A stretch of DNA of 64,000 nucleotides from Methanobacteriota archaeon (GTDB lineage Archaea > Thermoplasmatota > Thermoplasmata > RBG-16-68-12). The stretch spans positions 7,634 to 71,633 of the forward strand of contig VBLZ01000097.1 in the NCBI GenBank assembly GCA_005878515.1, given 5' to 3'. The notes beneath the pieces are model-generated. The model was not told where the DNA came from, did not search any database, and was given only the letters and a program-made list of their open reading frames with translations. This document shows, piece by piece, positions 38,075 through 48,108 of the stretch (position 1 is its first letter; every line of letters begins with the position of its first letter). Made by a program: the position numbers and the translations under genes.

Positions 38075-39771
38075 CAGACATCCATCCGATACTTCACGGC
38101 GGCCCGCTTGTAGATCGGGCGCCAGAGGAGTTTGTTTAGGGTCAGGACGACAACGGTCATCGCGAGGACCGTGAGGTAGCCCATGACATAATTCCCCGTC
38201 ACGACGGTCGCTTGAAACAACGAAGCTCCGAGGCCGGTCACCGAGTACACGGACCGACCGAACTGAAGATACTCGGCCACGATGAGAGCATTCCATCCGG
38301 CGCCCCACGCCGTGATGCTCCCGGTGGCGAGGGAGGGAACGAGCGCGGGCAGAAGAAGTCGACGCCAATAGGTTCGACCCCGCAGCCCGAAGGCCCGGGC
38401 CGCTTCGTCCAGGTCTCCCGGGATAGACCGCACCCCCGCAATCAGGTTGAACAAGAGATACCACTGCATCGCGAAGAGGGACACCAGGTACGCTCCGATC
38501 TCTCCCGCGAAGTAGCCGCCCATCGTGACCGCGACGGCGAAACCGATGATCAGGGGCTGAAGAGCCGTGGCGGGGATCGAGGCCGATATCTCGAACACGG
38601 GAGTGACGAAGCGCGCGGCCCATTTACTCCGCCCTAACCACGCGGCGACGGGGATGGTCCAGGCCAGGGCCGAGAGATAGGCCAAGAGCAGCCTCAAGAA
38701 CGAGAAGGCGGCCGCGATTGGCAGGCCCCTCGCTTCTGAGGGTAACGGTCGCTGGAAGAAACCGACCAGCCCGATTAGTCCCGTGGCGACGACGATGACG
38801 AAGATGATCAGGAACAGACCGATGTCGGCCCGTCGGACGGCCCGGATGACGCGTTGATGGCTGCTGTACACCCGGTCGAGTTTCGCGGAGGATCGCGCGT
38901 ATCGGTCCACGAGGGGTTGGGTCCGGCGCGCGACCTCCCGGCGGAGCCGGGGGAAGCGAGGCAGCCAACGTAGGCGTTCGTACGGGCTGGGAACATGTAG
39001 CGACGCACGTTCCCCGGTGGCTGTCGTCTCCATCCGGAAACGCTCGGACCAGACGCTCATCGGGCGCCAAAGGAAGACGTCCAACAGGAGCACGACGGTT
39101 GCGAGCGCGGCGATTCCGATCGCGATTCCACCGATGTCCCCTCGTTGCCCGGCGAGATAGATGAACGATCCAAGCCCCGGTCGCACGTAGCTCGTCCCCG
39201 GCGACGTGATGATCTCACTCGCGACGAGGAAGAACCATCCGTTCGTCCACGACAAGATCGAGTTGTAAATGAGCTTCGGGACCATCGCGGGGAACGCGAG
39301 TAGACGGAATCGCAGCCAACCATGAAGGCCGAAGCTGCGTGCCGCCTGGTCGAGATCCTGAGGAAGTGTCGTAATCGATTCGTACACGCCGAACGCCATG
39401 TTCCAAGCCATGCTCGTGAAGATGAGGAATACGGCCGCGACTTCAATGCCAAAGGGGTCGCCGAGCGGCCCGTTGACAAAGAAGAGTAGGACGAATGGGA
39501 AGAAGCCCAGGATCGGGATGGACTGGAGGATGTCCATGACCGGGAGCATGACCGTTGCCGCCCGCCGGTTCGTCGCCGCCGTGTGACCGTACGAGATTGC
39601 GAAGAGGAGTGACAGCACGTACGCGGCAACCATGCGCAACACGGAGAAGAACGCGAGAAGGGGGAGCGTCGCCACGGTCCGTGCGGCGTCGGGGAACAGG
39701 ACCGCGGCCCCGATTCCGAGTAGGATGAGGACGACCGCGACGATCCGGAGCCGCCCGCGGAGGCCGCGCAT
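38074..39771 (-). CDS. ABC permease with duplicated domains (COG4986-like)
   Basis: DILQSIPILGF, FTSMAWN, GWFFLVASE, WNALIVAE. Confidence 0.92.
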   Translation of the reverse strand: MRGLRGRLRIVAVVLILLGIGAAVLFPDAARTVATLPLLAFFSVLRMVAAYVLSLLFAISYGHTAATNRRAATVMLPVMDILQSIPILGFFPFVLLFFVNGPLGDPFGIEVAAVFLIFTSMAWNMAFGVYESITTLPQDLDQAARSFGLHGWLRFRLLAFPAMVPKLIYNSILSWTNGWFFLVASEIITSPGTSYVRPGLGSFIYLAGQRGDIGGIAIGIAALATVVLLLDVFLWRPMSVWSERFRMETTATGERASLHVPSPYERLRWLPRFPRLRREVARRTQPLVDRYARSSAKLDRVYSSHQRVIRAVRRADIGLFLIIFVIVVATGLIGLVGFFQRPLPSEARGLPIAAAFSFLRLLLAYLSALAWTIPVAAWLGRSKWAARFVTPVFEISASIPATALQPLIIGFAVAVTMGGYFAGEIGAYLVSLFAMQWYLLFNLIAGVRSIPGDLDEAARAFGLRGRTYWRRLLLPALVPSLATGSITAWGAGWNALIVAEYLQFGRSVYSVTGLGASLFQATVVTGNYVMGYLTVLAMTVVVLTLNKLLWRPIYKRAAVKYRMDV

Positions 39772-39817
39772 CTTCGCCCGCAAAGGACGGGGCCTATATA
39801 CGCGTTGGCGAGCGCCC

Positions 39818-40750
39818 TCATACCCCGGCGAGGAACCGGGACAGGATCGCCTTCTGCGCATGCAGACGGTTCTCCGCCTGATCGAAGACGATGGACTGGG
39901 GCCCGTCGATCACCTCGTCCGTGATCTCGAGTCCTCGATGGGCCGGCAGGCAATGCATCACGACCGCATCCTTCTTCGCGTGATCGATGAGTGCGGCGTT
40001 GACCTGGTACAGGCGGAACACCTTCTCGCGTTTCTCTTTCTCTTTCTCTTGGCCCATCGAAACCCAGACATCCGTGTAGACGACATCGGCACGTTGCACG
40101 GCTCCGACCGGATCGTCCACGACCCGAATCGTGGATCCGCTCTCCTTCGCGATGCCGCGTGCGGCGCCGAGGAGCTCGGCGTCGGGCTCGTAGCCGCTCG
40201 GACAAGCCGCCGTCATATCCATCCCGACGATCGCGGCACCGAGGAGCAGTGAATTGCAGACGTTGTTCCCGTCTCCAACGTAGGCCAGCTTGAGCTGCTT
40301 GAAAGCGCCCCCTTTGTGCTCGAGGATTGTGAAGAGGTCCGCGATGACTTGGCACGGATGTTCCTTGTCGTCGAGGCCGTTGATCACCGGGACGGTTGCA
40401 TTCCGAGCCACTTCTTGCACGTTCTCTCGCTTGAACGCACGGTACAGGATGCCGTCGACGTAGCGGCTCAGGACCCTGGCGGTGTCGGAGATCGTCTCGC
40501 CTCGGCCGATCTGCAGGTCGTTCGGGCTGAGGAAGAGCGCATGGCCGCCGAGCTGCGTCATCCCGACCTCGAAGGAGACCCGCGTCCGCGTCGAGGCCTT
40601 CTCGAAGAGCATCGCGAGACTCTTCCCGCGCAGAGGTTCGTACGGCTCCCCGGCCTTCGTGCGGTTCTTGATGCTCGCCGCGAGCTCGAGGAGGCCGACC
40701 AGGTCGTGCTTCACATCGAGCATCGAGACGAGATCGCGCTTCGTGCCCAT
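39818..40750 (-). CDS. argF: Ornithine carbamoyltransferase
   Basis: FEKASTRTR, HPCQ, DVWVSMG, HCLP, QAENR. Confidence 0.97.
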   Translation of the reverse strand: MGTKRDLVSMLDVKHDLVGLLELAASIKNRTKAGEPYEPLRGKSLAMLFEKASTRTRVSFEVGMTQLGGHALFLSPNDLQIGRGETISDTARVLSRYVDGILYRAFKRENVQEVARNATVPVINGLDDKEHPCQVIADLFTILEHKGGAFKQLKLAYVGDGNNVCNSLLLGAAIVGMDMTAACPSGYEPDAELLGAARGIAKESGSTIRVVDDPVGAVQRADVVYTDVWVSMGQEKEKEKREKVFRLYQVNAALIDHAKKDAVVMHCLPAHRGLEITDEVIDGPQSIVFDQAENRLHAQKAILSRFLAGV

Positions 40751-40845
40751 GGACCGCCGGCCCATCCGAGGGTCCGTACAAAACACTTGTGCATCGACCG
40801 CGCCGGAGGCGGAGCCATCAAATAAGCTCGGTCGAATGAGGGAGC

Positions 40846-41106
40846 GTGGAGCCGGGACCTTCGAGGGCCGCCGAGCGGCGGCGGCTTCAGGAAGCGATCG
40901 CGGCGCGCACGAGGAGAACGAGCATCCTCGCCGGCGTCCTCGGGTTGGCGTTGCTGTTCGCCGGCGGCATCGGCGTCATCGTTTCACCGTCGAACTCGCT
41001 CGCGTTGATCGTTGTGATGAGCACCGGAATCGTGTTCCTGCTCGTCGCCTTTTTCCTGGCGCGAAACACGATTGTCGGACTGCCTGGAAAGCTCCGAAAC
41101 AACTGA
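40846..41106 (+). CDS. Small 2-TM membrane protein
   Basis: 86-aa ORF with two hydrophobic helices. Confidence 0.6.
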   Translation: MEPGPSRAAERRRLQEAIAARTRRTSILAGVLGLALLFAGGIGVIVSPSNSLALIVVMSTGIVFLLVAFFLARNTIVGLPGKLRNN

Positions 41107-41118
41107 GCCTTCGTCGCA

Positions 41119-41496
41119 TCAGTGTTGTCGTGCCGCGACGCGTTGGAGGACGCTCGCTCGCCGACTCGAGGACCGGCTCGATGGGTTGGCGAACAGCTCC
41201 GAAAAAAGTTCCTGGCCCGTTGCTCCTAGTCGATATGCGGTCACTTGCCGACCGTCTCGCTCGTAGGCAACATCGACGAGTCCCGCGGCCCTCAATACGC
41301 CCATGTGGTAGGCGAGGAGCCCGCTTTCGATCCGGACGGCCTTCGCGATTTCATGGAACGGTAGGCCGGGGGAATCGTGAATGAGGCGGAACGCCCGCAG
41401 CCGGATCGGATTGTCGAGCGCGGTGTAAGCCCGCAGACGGTCGAGAATCCTGGGGTCGATGTCCTCCGTCTCAGACAGCTTCTTCATGAGGTTCAC
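41119..41496 (-). CDS. ArsR-like winged-HTH protein
   Basis: ALDNPIRL, FHEIAKAV..SGLLAYHMGVLRAAGLV. Confidence 0.8.
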   Translation of the reverse strand: MNLMKKLSETEDIDPRILDRLRAYTALDNPIRLRAFRLIHDSPGLPFHEIAKAVRIESGLLAYHMGVLRAAGLVDVAYERDGRQVTAYRLGATGQELFSELFANPSSRSSSRRASVLQRVAARQH

Positions 41497-41521
41497 GATA
41501 TTCTACGAGGTATAAATATAT

Positions 41522-42067
41522 TTACTTCGTAATGTTCGACGGTCGGAGGGCCTTGATTTCGCGATGGCGCTCCGCGAGCATCGGAATGAGGGCCTTCGCC
41601 GAGGGAACCGGCGCTTGCCGTCCGCCATCGACGGGGTACACATGTCCGTACCGGACGAGATGGGTCAGGTACAGATCCGAGAGGTAGCTCCGGGAGGGGC
41701 TGTGCACCGGGTGGTACTCCGGTCGGACCAGGACCCGGAGTTTCGGCGCGATTCGAGGATTGGACGAGAACTGGCCGAACTCCGTCGCGGCGCCCCACGA
41801 CTCGATGCTCAGGAACACAAGATCCACGTCGCTCCGTTCGAGGATTTCCTCCTCGATCACGGACGGTCCGACTTCAGGGGGGAAGTCATCCTCCGGCACG
41901 AGTGCGATAATCCCCCGACTCCCCAAGACGTGCGCGACCGCTCGTCGCTCGTCGAGTCCGCGTCCGGAAGAGCCCAAGAGCATGACCACCAACCCGGATC
42001 GGTTGAGACGGTCCTCCGTCTCTTTGCGAATCGCATGAACGCGTCGGACTGCGGTGCCCCCGGTCAC
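41522..42067 (-). CDS. Hypothetical protein with nucleoside 2-deoxyribosyltransferase/TIR-like fold
   Basis: VMLLG...LVPEDDF...EEEILERSDVDLVFLSIESWGAATEFGQFS...KLRVLV. Confidence 0.55.
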   Translation of the reverse strand: MTGGTAVRRVHAIRKETEDRLNRSGLVVMLLGSSGRGLDERRAVAHVLGSRGIIALVPEDDFPPEVGPSVIEEEILERSDVDLVFLSIESWGAATEFGQFSSNPRIAPKLRVLVRPEYHPVHSPSRSYLSDLYLTHLVRYGHVYPVDGGRQAPVPSAKALIPMLAERHREIKALRPSNITK

Positions 42068-42208
42068 GTCTCCCCTTGGCGGAGATGCGTCGCGCCGCTA
42101 GTTGAGTACCCGCATGAGAGGTCAGTGAAACAACTCCGATCGGTGGACGGTTCGCTGGGATGGCGTTGAGCAAAATGCTATATTCCCCTCCCCGGTTGGG
42201 CGGCTTGC

Positions 42209-42283
42209 GGCCGGGATGGGCTAGCCTGGTTATGCTAGGGGACTGTGGATCCCTTGACGCGAGTTCAAATCTCGCTCCCGGCC
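42209..42283 (+). tRNA. tRNA-His (GTG), genome-encoded G-1, CCA not encoded
   Basis: Acceptor stem GCCGGGA/TCCCGGC, discriminator C, anticodon loop CTGTGGA, T-arm GCGAG-TTCAAAT-CTCGC. Confidence 0.95.
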
Positions 42284-42377
42284 CTCGCGCACGGCTCGCC
42301 CTCTCCGGTCTGGACCTCTCATCGCGGGAATCGCGGCATCTTCATGAGATGGGGTTCGGTTATTCGGCCGGGTCTTC

Positions 42378-43007
42378 GTGAAGGTCGTTGTCTTCGGCGC
42401 GACGGGGGAGACCGGCCGTCTCCTCACGGAACGAACCCTGCGGGCGGGCCACACGGTCACCGCCTTCGTGCGCGATCCGGCCCGGATGCTCATCGTGCAC
42501 GAACGGTTGCGCGTGATCCGAGGCGACGTCCTCGACCCTCCTTCGGTTGAGCGAGTGATTCCAGGCCACGATGCGGTCCTCTCGGCTCTGGGGAGCACGG
42601 CCCGCAATCCGGCACCGGTCCTTTCCGAGGGCGTTCAGCACATCCTCGATGCGATGGAACGGTCCCGCGTCCGGCGGATCGTGGCCCTCTCGGCGGCCGG
42701 CGCGCTGGGGGAGTCGGCCGGATTCGCAATCGGGAATGCGGGCCTGCGAATCTTCCGAATGTGGCTGCCGCAGGTCTACCGAGAGCATCGCAAGATGCTC
42801 GACGAACTTCGGCGGCGCGAACTCGAATGGATCGCGGTGCGCGCCGTCCTGTTGACGAACGGCGCAGCGAAGGGTCGCTACCGCATTGCGATCGAGGGAA
42901 TTCCGCGGTGGGGCTTTCGGATCTCTCGCGCCGATGTCGCCGACTTCATGATCCGCCAACTCACGACCGATGAGTTCGTCCGCAAGATGCCCGCGACGGC
43001 GTATTGA
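42378..43007 (+). CDS. NAD(P)H-binding oxidoreductase (flavin reductase / BVR-B-like)
   Basis: VVFGATGETG, GDVLD, DAVLSALG, ISRADVA. Confidence 0.9.
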   Translation: MKVVVFGATGETGRLLTERTLRAGHTVTAFVRDPARMLIVHERLRVIRGDVLDPPSVERVIPGHDAVLSALGSTARNPAPVLSEGVQHILDAMERSRVRRIVALSAAGALGESAGFAIGNAGLRIFRMWLPQVYREHRKMLDELRRRELEWIAVRAVLLTNGAAKGRYRIAIEGIPRWGFRISRADVADFMIRQLTTDEFVRKMPATAY

Positions 43008-43143
43008 ATCCGTTAGGATTCGCCAGGTAGGTGCACGGGCACCAACGACCGCATGCTTTTATACGGCCACCCAGATGAGTCGACCGCTTCCCGAGGCGAT
43101 GAAGAAGCCTTGGGTGGCCCGAATCCCCGGGAGCGGGGCTGCG

Positions 43144-46100
43144 ATGATCAAGCAGGCGGAGAAGACGTATGCTCCACTTGAGGTGGAGCGACAGGTCCAG
43201 GAATTCTGGGACCGCGCGAAGGTCTACCGGAAGACCGTCGCCGCGCGGGAGAAAGGCGAGGATTTCTTTTTCGGCGACGGCCCGCCGTACACAACCGGAT
43301 CGATTCACCTCGGAAACGTCCTGAACAAGACGATCAAGGATCTCGTCGTCCGCTATCATCGGATGCGCGGCTACCACGTCCGGGACCAGCCGGGCTACGA
43401 CATGCACGGCCTCCCGATCGAGGTCCAGGTCGAGAAGACCCTCGGGATCACGAACAAGAAGGAGATCGAAGAGCTCGGCATCGAGAAGTTCGTGAACACC
43501 TGCCGGACGTTCGCGACGGACCTCCTGCAGACGATGACGAAACAGTTCCAGTCGCTCGGCATCTGGCTCGATTGGGACCGCCCGTACATGACGATCCGCA
43601 ACGAATTCATCGAGGCGGCGTGGTGGACGCTGAAACGCGCCCACGAACACGACTGGATCTACGAGGCGCTCCGGTCCATCCAGTGGTGTTCCCGATGCGA
43701 GACGGCCCTCGCGGACGCCGAAGTCGAGTACTCCGACGAAACGGATCCGTCGATTTACGTCAAGTTCCGCCTCGCCGGCAAGCCGGACGAATCCCTGCTG
43801 ATCTGGACCACGACCCCGTGGACCCTTCCCGCCAATCTCGCGATCGCGGCGCATCCCGATTTCCGGTACGCGAAGGTGAAAATTCCACATGGCAAGAAGC
43901 CCGAGTACGTCTGGCTCATGGAGAGCGCGGTGCCCGACGTCATGGCCCGCGGCGGGGTGACGAAATACTCCGTCGTCGAGACGAGGAAAGGGAGCGACCT
44001 CGTCGGGCTCGCATACCTCCACCCACTCCGGACGAAGCTCCCCTACCAGAAGTCAGCGAAGGGCGAGTGGGTCCACAAGCTCGTCTCCTCGGACACGGTC
44101 GCCGCCGAGTACACGGGGCTCGTCCATTCGGCCCCGGGGCACGGACCGGAGGACTTCGAGCTCGGTCAGAGGCTCGGCCTTCCCGCCTTTTCGCCGGTCG
44201 ACGCGGGAGGCCGTTTCACCGCGGACGCCGGCGCCTACGCGGGCCAGAAGGTGAGGGAGGCGAATCCGGGGATCATCGCGGACCTGCGGGCGGCCCGCGC
44301 TCTCTTCGCGGACGAGACGATCCTCCATGCATACGGCCATTGTTGGCGATGCAAGACCCCGATCTTGTTCCGCGCGACGGTCCAATGGTTCCTCAAGGTG
44401 ACGGACTTCAAACCGAAGATGGTCGAGGAGGTCGGGCGGGTCAGATGGTTCCCGGACTGGGCCGGATCGGCGCGCCAACTCGATTGGACGAGCAACCTGC
44501 GGGACTGGTGCATCTCCCGGCAGCGGTACTGGGGCATCCCCCTCCCGATCTGGAGGTGCGCGAAGTGCAATCACTGGACGGTCGTCGGATCGGCCGAATC
44601 CCTTCGAGGTGCGAGCGGCTACAAGGAAGGAATGGACCTTCACCGGCCCGGCATCGACCGGATCGCGCTCCCATGCGAGAAGTGCGACGGCGAGATGCGG
44701 CGGGTCCCCGACACGGTCGACGTGTGGTTCGACAGCGGCGTCTCGAGCTGGGCGAGCCTCGGCTACCCGGCTCGCGACGACGAGTTCCGCCGCTGGTGGC
44801 CTCAGGACTGGATCGTCGAAGGGCCGGACCAGACGCGGGGCTGGTTCAACTCCCAACTCGCGGCAGGGGTCGTGGCGTTCGACCGGGCTCCGTACGATCA
44901 GGTGCTGATGCACGGTTGGGTGAACGGTCCGGACGGACGGCAAATGCACAAGTCCCTCGGGAACGTCATCGAGCCCGAGACGGTCGTCGACAAGTTCGGG
45001 GTCGATCCGCTCCGATTCTATGTGATCGCCGTGAACGCGCCTTGGGACGACATCACGTTCCAGGAGGAGGGCGTCCGGAACGCGCAGCGGACCTTGAACA
45101 TCCTGTGGAACGTCCTGCGGTTCGCGACGACCTACATGGTCTTGGACCGGTTCGATCCGTTCGCGGCGGACCTCTCCTCGACCGAAGGCCACCTCCGGCC
45201 CGAGGACCGTTGGCTCCTCTCGCGGCTCGAGGGTCTGAAGAAGACCGTGGACCTCGAGATGCGTTCATACAACCTGCACCGCGCGGCCCGCGCGGTCGAG
45301 GCGTTCATCCTCGATGACCTCTCGCGGTGGTACGTGAAGCTGGTCCGCGGGCGGACCTGGACGGAGACCGACAACGGGGACAAGCTCGCCGCGTACCGCG
45401 TGCTCTTCGAAGCGCTGAGTACCCTTGCGATCCTCCTCGCCCCCGTCGCGCCCCACATCGCAGAGGCCATGTATCAGCGCCTCGATGGACGGAAGCTCAG
45501 CGTGCACATGCTCGATTGGCCCGACGTCCGAGCGCAATGGCTTCGGCCCGAGCTTGAGCGGTCTATGTCGATCGTGCAAGAAGAGGTTGAAGTCGTCTCG
45601 AATCAACGACAGAAGGGAGGGCGGAAGCTCCGTTGGCCGCTGAAGCTGATCGCGGTCCGCAGCGCCACACCGGAAGCCGCGGAGGCGTTTGCCGCACTGC
45701 GGAGTATCTTCCTGGACCAGGTGAATGCGAAGGAACTCGTGATCTTGGAACCCGCCGACGAGTTTCCGGGCACCGTCGTCGTCGCGAAGCCCGACGCCGC
45801 GGCGATCGGCAAGGCGTACAAAGCTCTGGCACCCAAGATTGTGAAACTGCTCGGGACCCGGGCCCCGGGCGAGCTGCAAAAGGCGTTCGAGCGCGGTTCG
45901 TACACGCTCCATGCGGACGGGCAGACGTTCGAGATCGAACCGACGATGGTGCGCTTCGAGAAAGCGCTCCCCCCCGAGGTCGTCCGGGTGGAGACGCCTC
46001 ATGGTGAGATCTACCTCGACCTTCGCGTGACGCCGGAGCTCCAAGCCGAAGCGTACGCTCGCGAGATCGTCCGCCGAATCCAGCAGATGCGGAAAGACCT

Positions 46101-47307
46101 CGACCTGGACATCGACGACTTCATCGCCACGGTCATCAAGACGAACAAAGAATTCGCAGCGACCCTCGAAGCACAGCAGGCCTTCATCGCCCGCGAGACT
46201 CGATCTCGCAGCTTGACGTTCACCGACAAGGCCGTCGCCTCCGAACATGTCGTCGAATGGAAGGACGTCGACGGTCATGGCGTCACGATCGGGGTCACAC
46301 CGCTCCATCTCTCCGAATCGATTCGCGAATTCACCCGGATCCCCGGCCTCACGATGGCGAAGGCGATGGCCCTTTTCGACGCGGGCTACAAGAGCCTCGC
46401 GGCGCTTCGCTCCGCGACGAAACAGGAGTTGCTGGCCGTCGACGGCCTTGACGCAGGAGACGTCGACCGGATCACCGAATTCCTCGCCGTCCCAGAAAAG
46501 AAGGACGCCGTCTGCCCGACCTGCCAGGCGTCCGTCGCGGCCGACGCGCGGCGCTGTCCTCGATGTGGAGAGCCGATGGCGTTGGAGGCCACGCCCTGCC
46601 CCCGATGCAAGTCGGCTATTCCTCCCGGCGCGGACGCATGTCCTGTTTGCGGCTTCGCATTAATCGGCCAGGCCGCTCCAGGGACGCCCTCGCGGACGCC
46701 GTGCGTCGCGTGCGGAGAGCTGATTCTCGCGGGTTCTTCCGAGTGCCCCTCGTGCGGTGCGCCGCAGAAGCGACCGGTCCCGCTGGTTTCGAGTCCAACC
46801 GGTGAGGACGAGGCGCCGGCGCTGCTGAAAGACTCCTCCTCGTACCTCGTACGAGAGACCACGCCCGAGGAGGCGTATCGCCTATTCCTCATCGCACATA
46901 ACACGGGGAAGAAGGGCATGATCATCACGCGACTTTTCCCGCAGAAGGTCCGAGAGCGCTTCGGGCTGAAAGATCTGCCGATCGTCTGGTTGAGCAACGT
47001 GGGCAAGGAGGACTCGGTCCGACCGAAAGACCTCGAAAAGTTATCCTTGGCCGCGGAGCAATTCCTCTCCCGCGAGAAAGGCGTGGTCCTTCTCGACGCG
47101 ATCGAATATCTAGTGACGAACAATAATTTCCTGACGGTGCTGCGTCTTGTGCAATCGATTCGCGATCAGGTGGCCGTCAACAACGGGGTGCTGTTGCTTT
47201 CCGTCAACCCGTCGACCCTCGACGCCCACCAGATGACGCTCCTCGAACGCGAAGTGGATCAAGTGGTCAACGTGTCCGGCGGGCCGACGGGTTCCACTTC
47301 GGGATGA
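43144..47307 (+). CDS. ileS: Isoleucyl-tRNA synthetase fused to HhH, three Zn ribbons and a DUF835-like domain
   Basis: DGPPY, HLGN, GYDMHGLP, WTTTPWTLP, WCISRQRYWG, DQTRGWF, QMHKSLGN; about 330-aa C-terminal extension in frame. Confidence 0.95.
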   Translation: MIKQAEKTYAPLEVERQVQEFWDRAKVYRKTVAAREKGEDFFFGDGPPYTTGSIHLGNVLNKTIKDLVVRYHRMRGYHVRDQPGYDMHGLPIEVQVEKTLGITNKKEIEELGIEKFVNTCRTFATDLLQTMTKQFQSLGIWLDWDRPYMTIRNEFIEAAWWTLKRAHEHDWIYEALRSIQWCSRCETALADAEVEYSDETDPSIYVKFRLAGKPDESLLIWTTTPWTLPANLAIAAHPDFRYAKVKIPHGKKPEYVWLMESAVPDVMARGGVTKYSVVETRKGSDLVGLAYLHPLRTKLPYQKSAKGEWVHKLVSSDTVAAEYTGLVHSAPGHGPEDFELGQRLGLPAFSPVDAGGRFTADAGAYAGQKVREANPGIIADLRAARALFADETILHAYGHCWRCKTPILFRATVQWFLKVTDFKPKMVEEVGRVRWFPDWAGSARQLDWTSNLRDWCISRQRYWGIPLPIWRCAKCNHWTVVGSAESLRGASGYKEGMDLHRPGIDRIALPCEKCDGEMRRVPDTVDVWFDSGVSSWASLGYPARDDEFRRWWPQDWIVEGPDQTRGWFNSQLAAGVVAFDRAPYDQVLMHGWVNGPDGRQMHKSLGNVIEPETVVDKFGVDPLRFYVIAVNAPWDDITFQEEGVRNAQRTLNILWNVLRFATTYMVLDRFDPFAADLSSTEGHLRPEDRWLLSRLEGLKKTVDLEMRSYNLHRAARAVEAFILDDLSRWYVKLVRGRTWTETDNGDKLAAYRVLFEALSTLAILLAPVAPHIAEAMYQRLDGRKLSVHMLDWPDVRAQWLRPELERSMSIVQEEVEVVSNQRQKGGRKLRWPLKLIAVRSATPEAAEAFAALRSIFLDQVNAKELVILEPADEFPGTVVVAKPDAAAIGKAYKALAPKIVKLLGTRAPGELQKAFERGSYTLHADGQTFEIEPTMVRFEKALPPEVVRVETPHGEIYLDLRVTPELQAEAYAREIVRRIQQMRKDLDLDIDDFIATVIKTNKEFAATLEAQQAFIARETRSRSLTFTDKAVASEHVVEWKDVDGHGVTIGVTPLHLSESIREFTRIPGLTMAKAMALFDAGYKSLAALRSATKQELLAVDGLDAGDVDRITEFLAVPEKKDAVCPTCQASVAADARRCPRCGEPMALEATPCPRCKSAIPPGADACPVCGFALIGQAAPGTPSRTPCVACGELILAGSSECPSCGAPQKRPVPLVSSPTGEDEAPALLKDSSSYLVRETTPEEAYRLFLIAHNTGKKGMIITRLFPQKVRERFGLKDLPIVWLSNVGKEDSVRPKDLEKLSLAAEQFLSREKGVVLLDAIEYLVTNNNFLTVLRLVQSIRDQVAVNNGVLLLSVNPSTLDAHQMTLLEREVDQVVNVSGGPTGSTSG

Positions 47308-47316
47308 ACACGGATC

Positions 47317-48108
47317 TCAGGCTGAGGGCTTGAGGACCGCGGCCACGACGTTGACGAGGCGCGGGACGGTCTCGAAGCGGTCCAACTCCTCGGGACGAAC
47401 CCATCGTTGCTCGACGTTTTCCCAATCGAGGCGGACCCGGCGATTCGGAGTGTCGAAGAGGAATGGATGGACGACGTAGATTGTCGTGCCGTCTCGAGCG
47501 AGGACCGGATCTCCCGCTCCACGGAATGTGATTGCGCGGATCCCGGTCTCTTCCCGAACCTCCACGATGGCCCGGTGTTTCGGATCTTCGCGGCCCTCGA
47601 TGTGGCCCGAGATTGCGGACCACTTTCCTCGGAAGGTGCCCACCTTCTCACTCCGACGGACGATGAGGATGCGGCCCCGGTTCCGGAGGATCGCCGTCAC
47701 CACGCGCTTTCCCCGGATGTCGGGCAGCTCGACCGTTCCCCGACCCCCGTCGACGACCATCCGATCTCCCGTGCGCAGGCCTCCGACGTCGACGCGATCC
47801 ACCATCGGGATGCCCGCGAGCGTCGCCCCGACCGCGACGACGGCATCCGCGCGTCGGTTCACGATCGCCGCGGGACCGTGGCCCCGCTTCCCCAGGCCAT
47901 ACAGCACATACGAGCCCACCGTACTCCCTTTGCCAGTCGGGAATGCGAAGATTCGGTCGTCCAAGCGTTCGCCCAAGATGCCGGTCGAGCCATTGAGAAT
48001 CGATCCGGTAGCCGGATCTACCCCGCCCACGAAGGAGAAGGGAGTCGAGGAGACGAGTGCCTTGCCCGACGCCCGGCCGGCAACGATCCCCCGGGCGCGA
48101 ATCCTCAT
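47317..48108 (-). CDS. Aconitase X small subunit (phosphomevalonate dehydratase small subunit) fused to a Nudix domain
   Basis: FSFVGGVDPATG, GKGSTVGSYVLY; then RRSEKVGTFRGKWSAISG...EVREETG, LDWEN. Confidence 0.88.
   Translation of the reverse strand: MRIRARGIVAGRASGKALVSSTPFSFVGGVDPATGSILNGSTGILGERLDDRIFAFPTGKGSTVGSYVLYGLGKRGHGPAAIVNRRADAVVAVGATLAGIPMVDRVDVGGLRTGDRMVVDGGRGTVELPDIRGKRVVTAILRNRGRILIVRRSEKVGTFRGKWSAISGHIEGREDPKHRAIVEVREETGIRAITFRGAGDPVLARDGTTIYVVHPFLFDTPNRRVRLDWENVEQRWVRPEELDRFETVPRLVNVVAAVLKPSA

Noticed and set aside
42209-42283. tRNA-His as integration site of an island
   Set aside because: No duplicated tRNA end or tyrosine integrase seen in the window.
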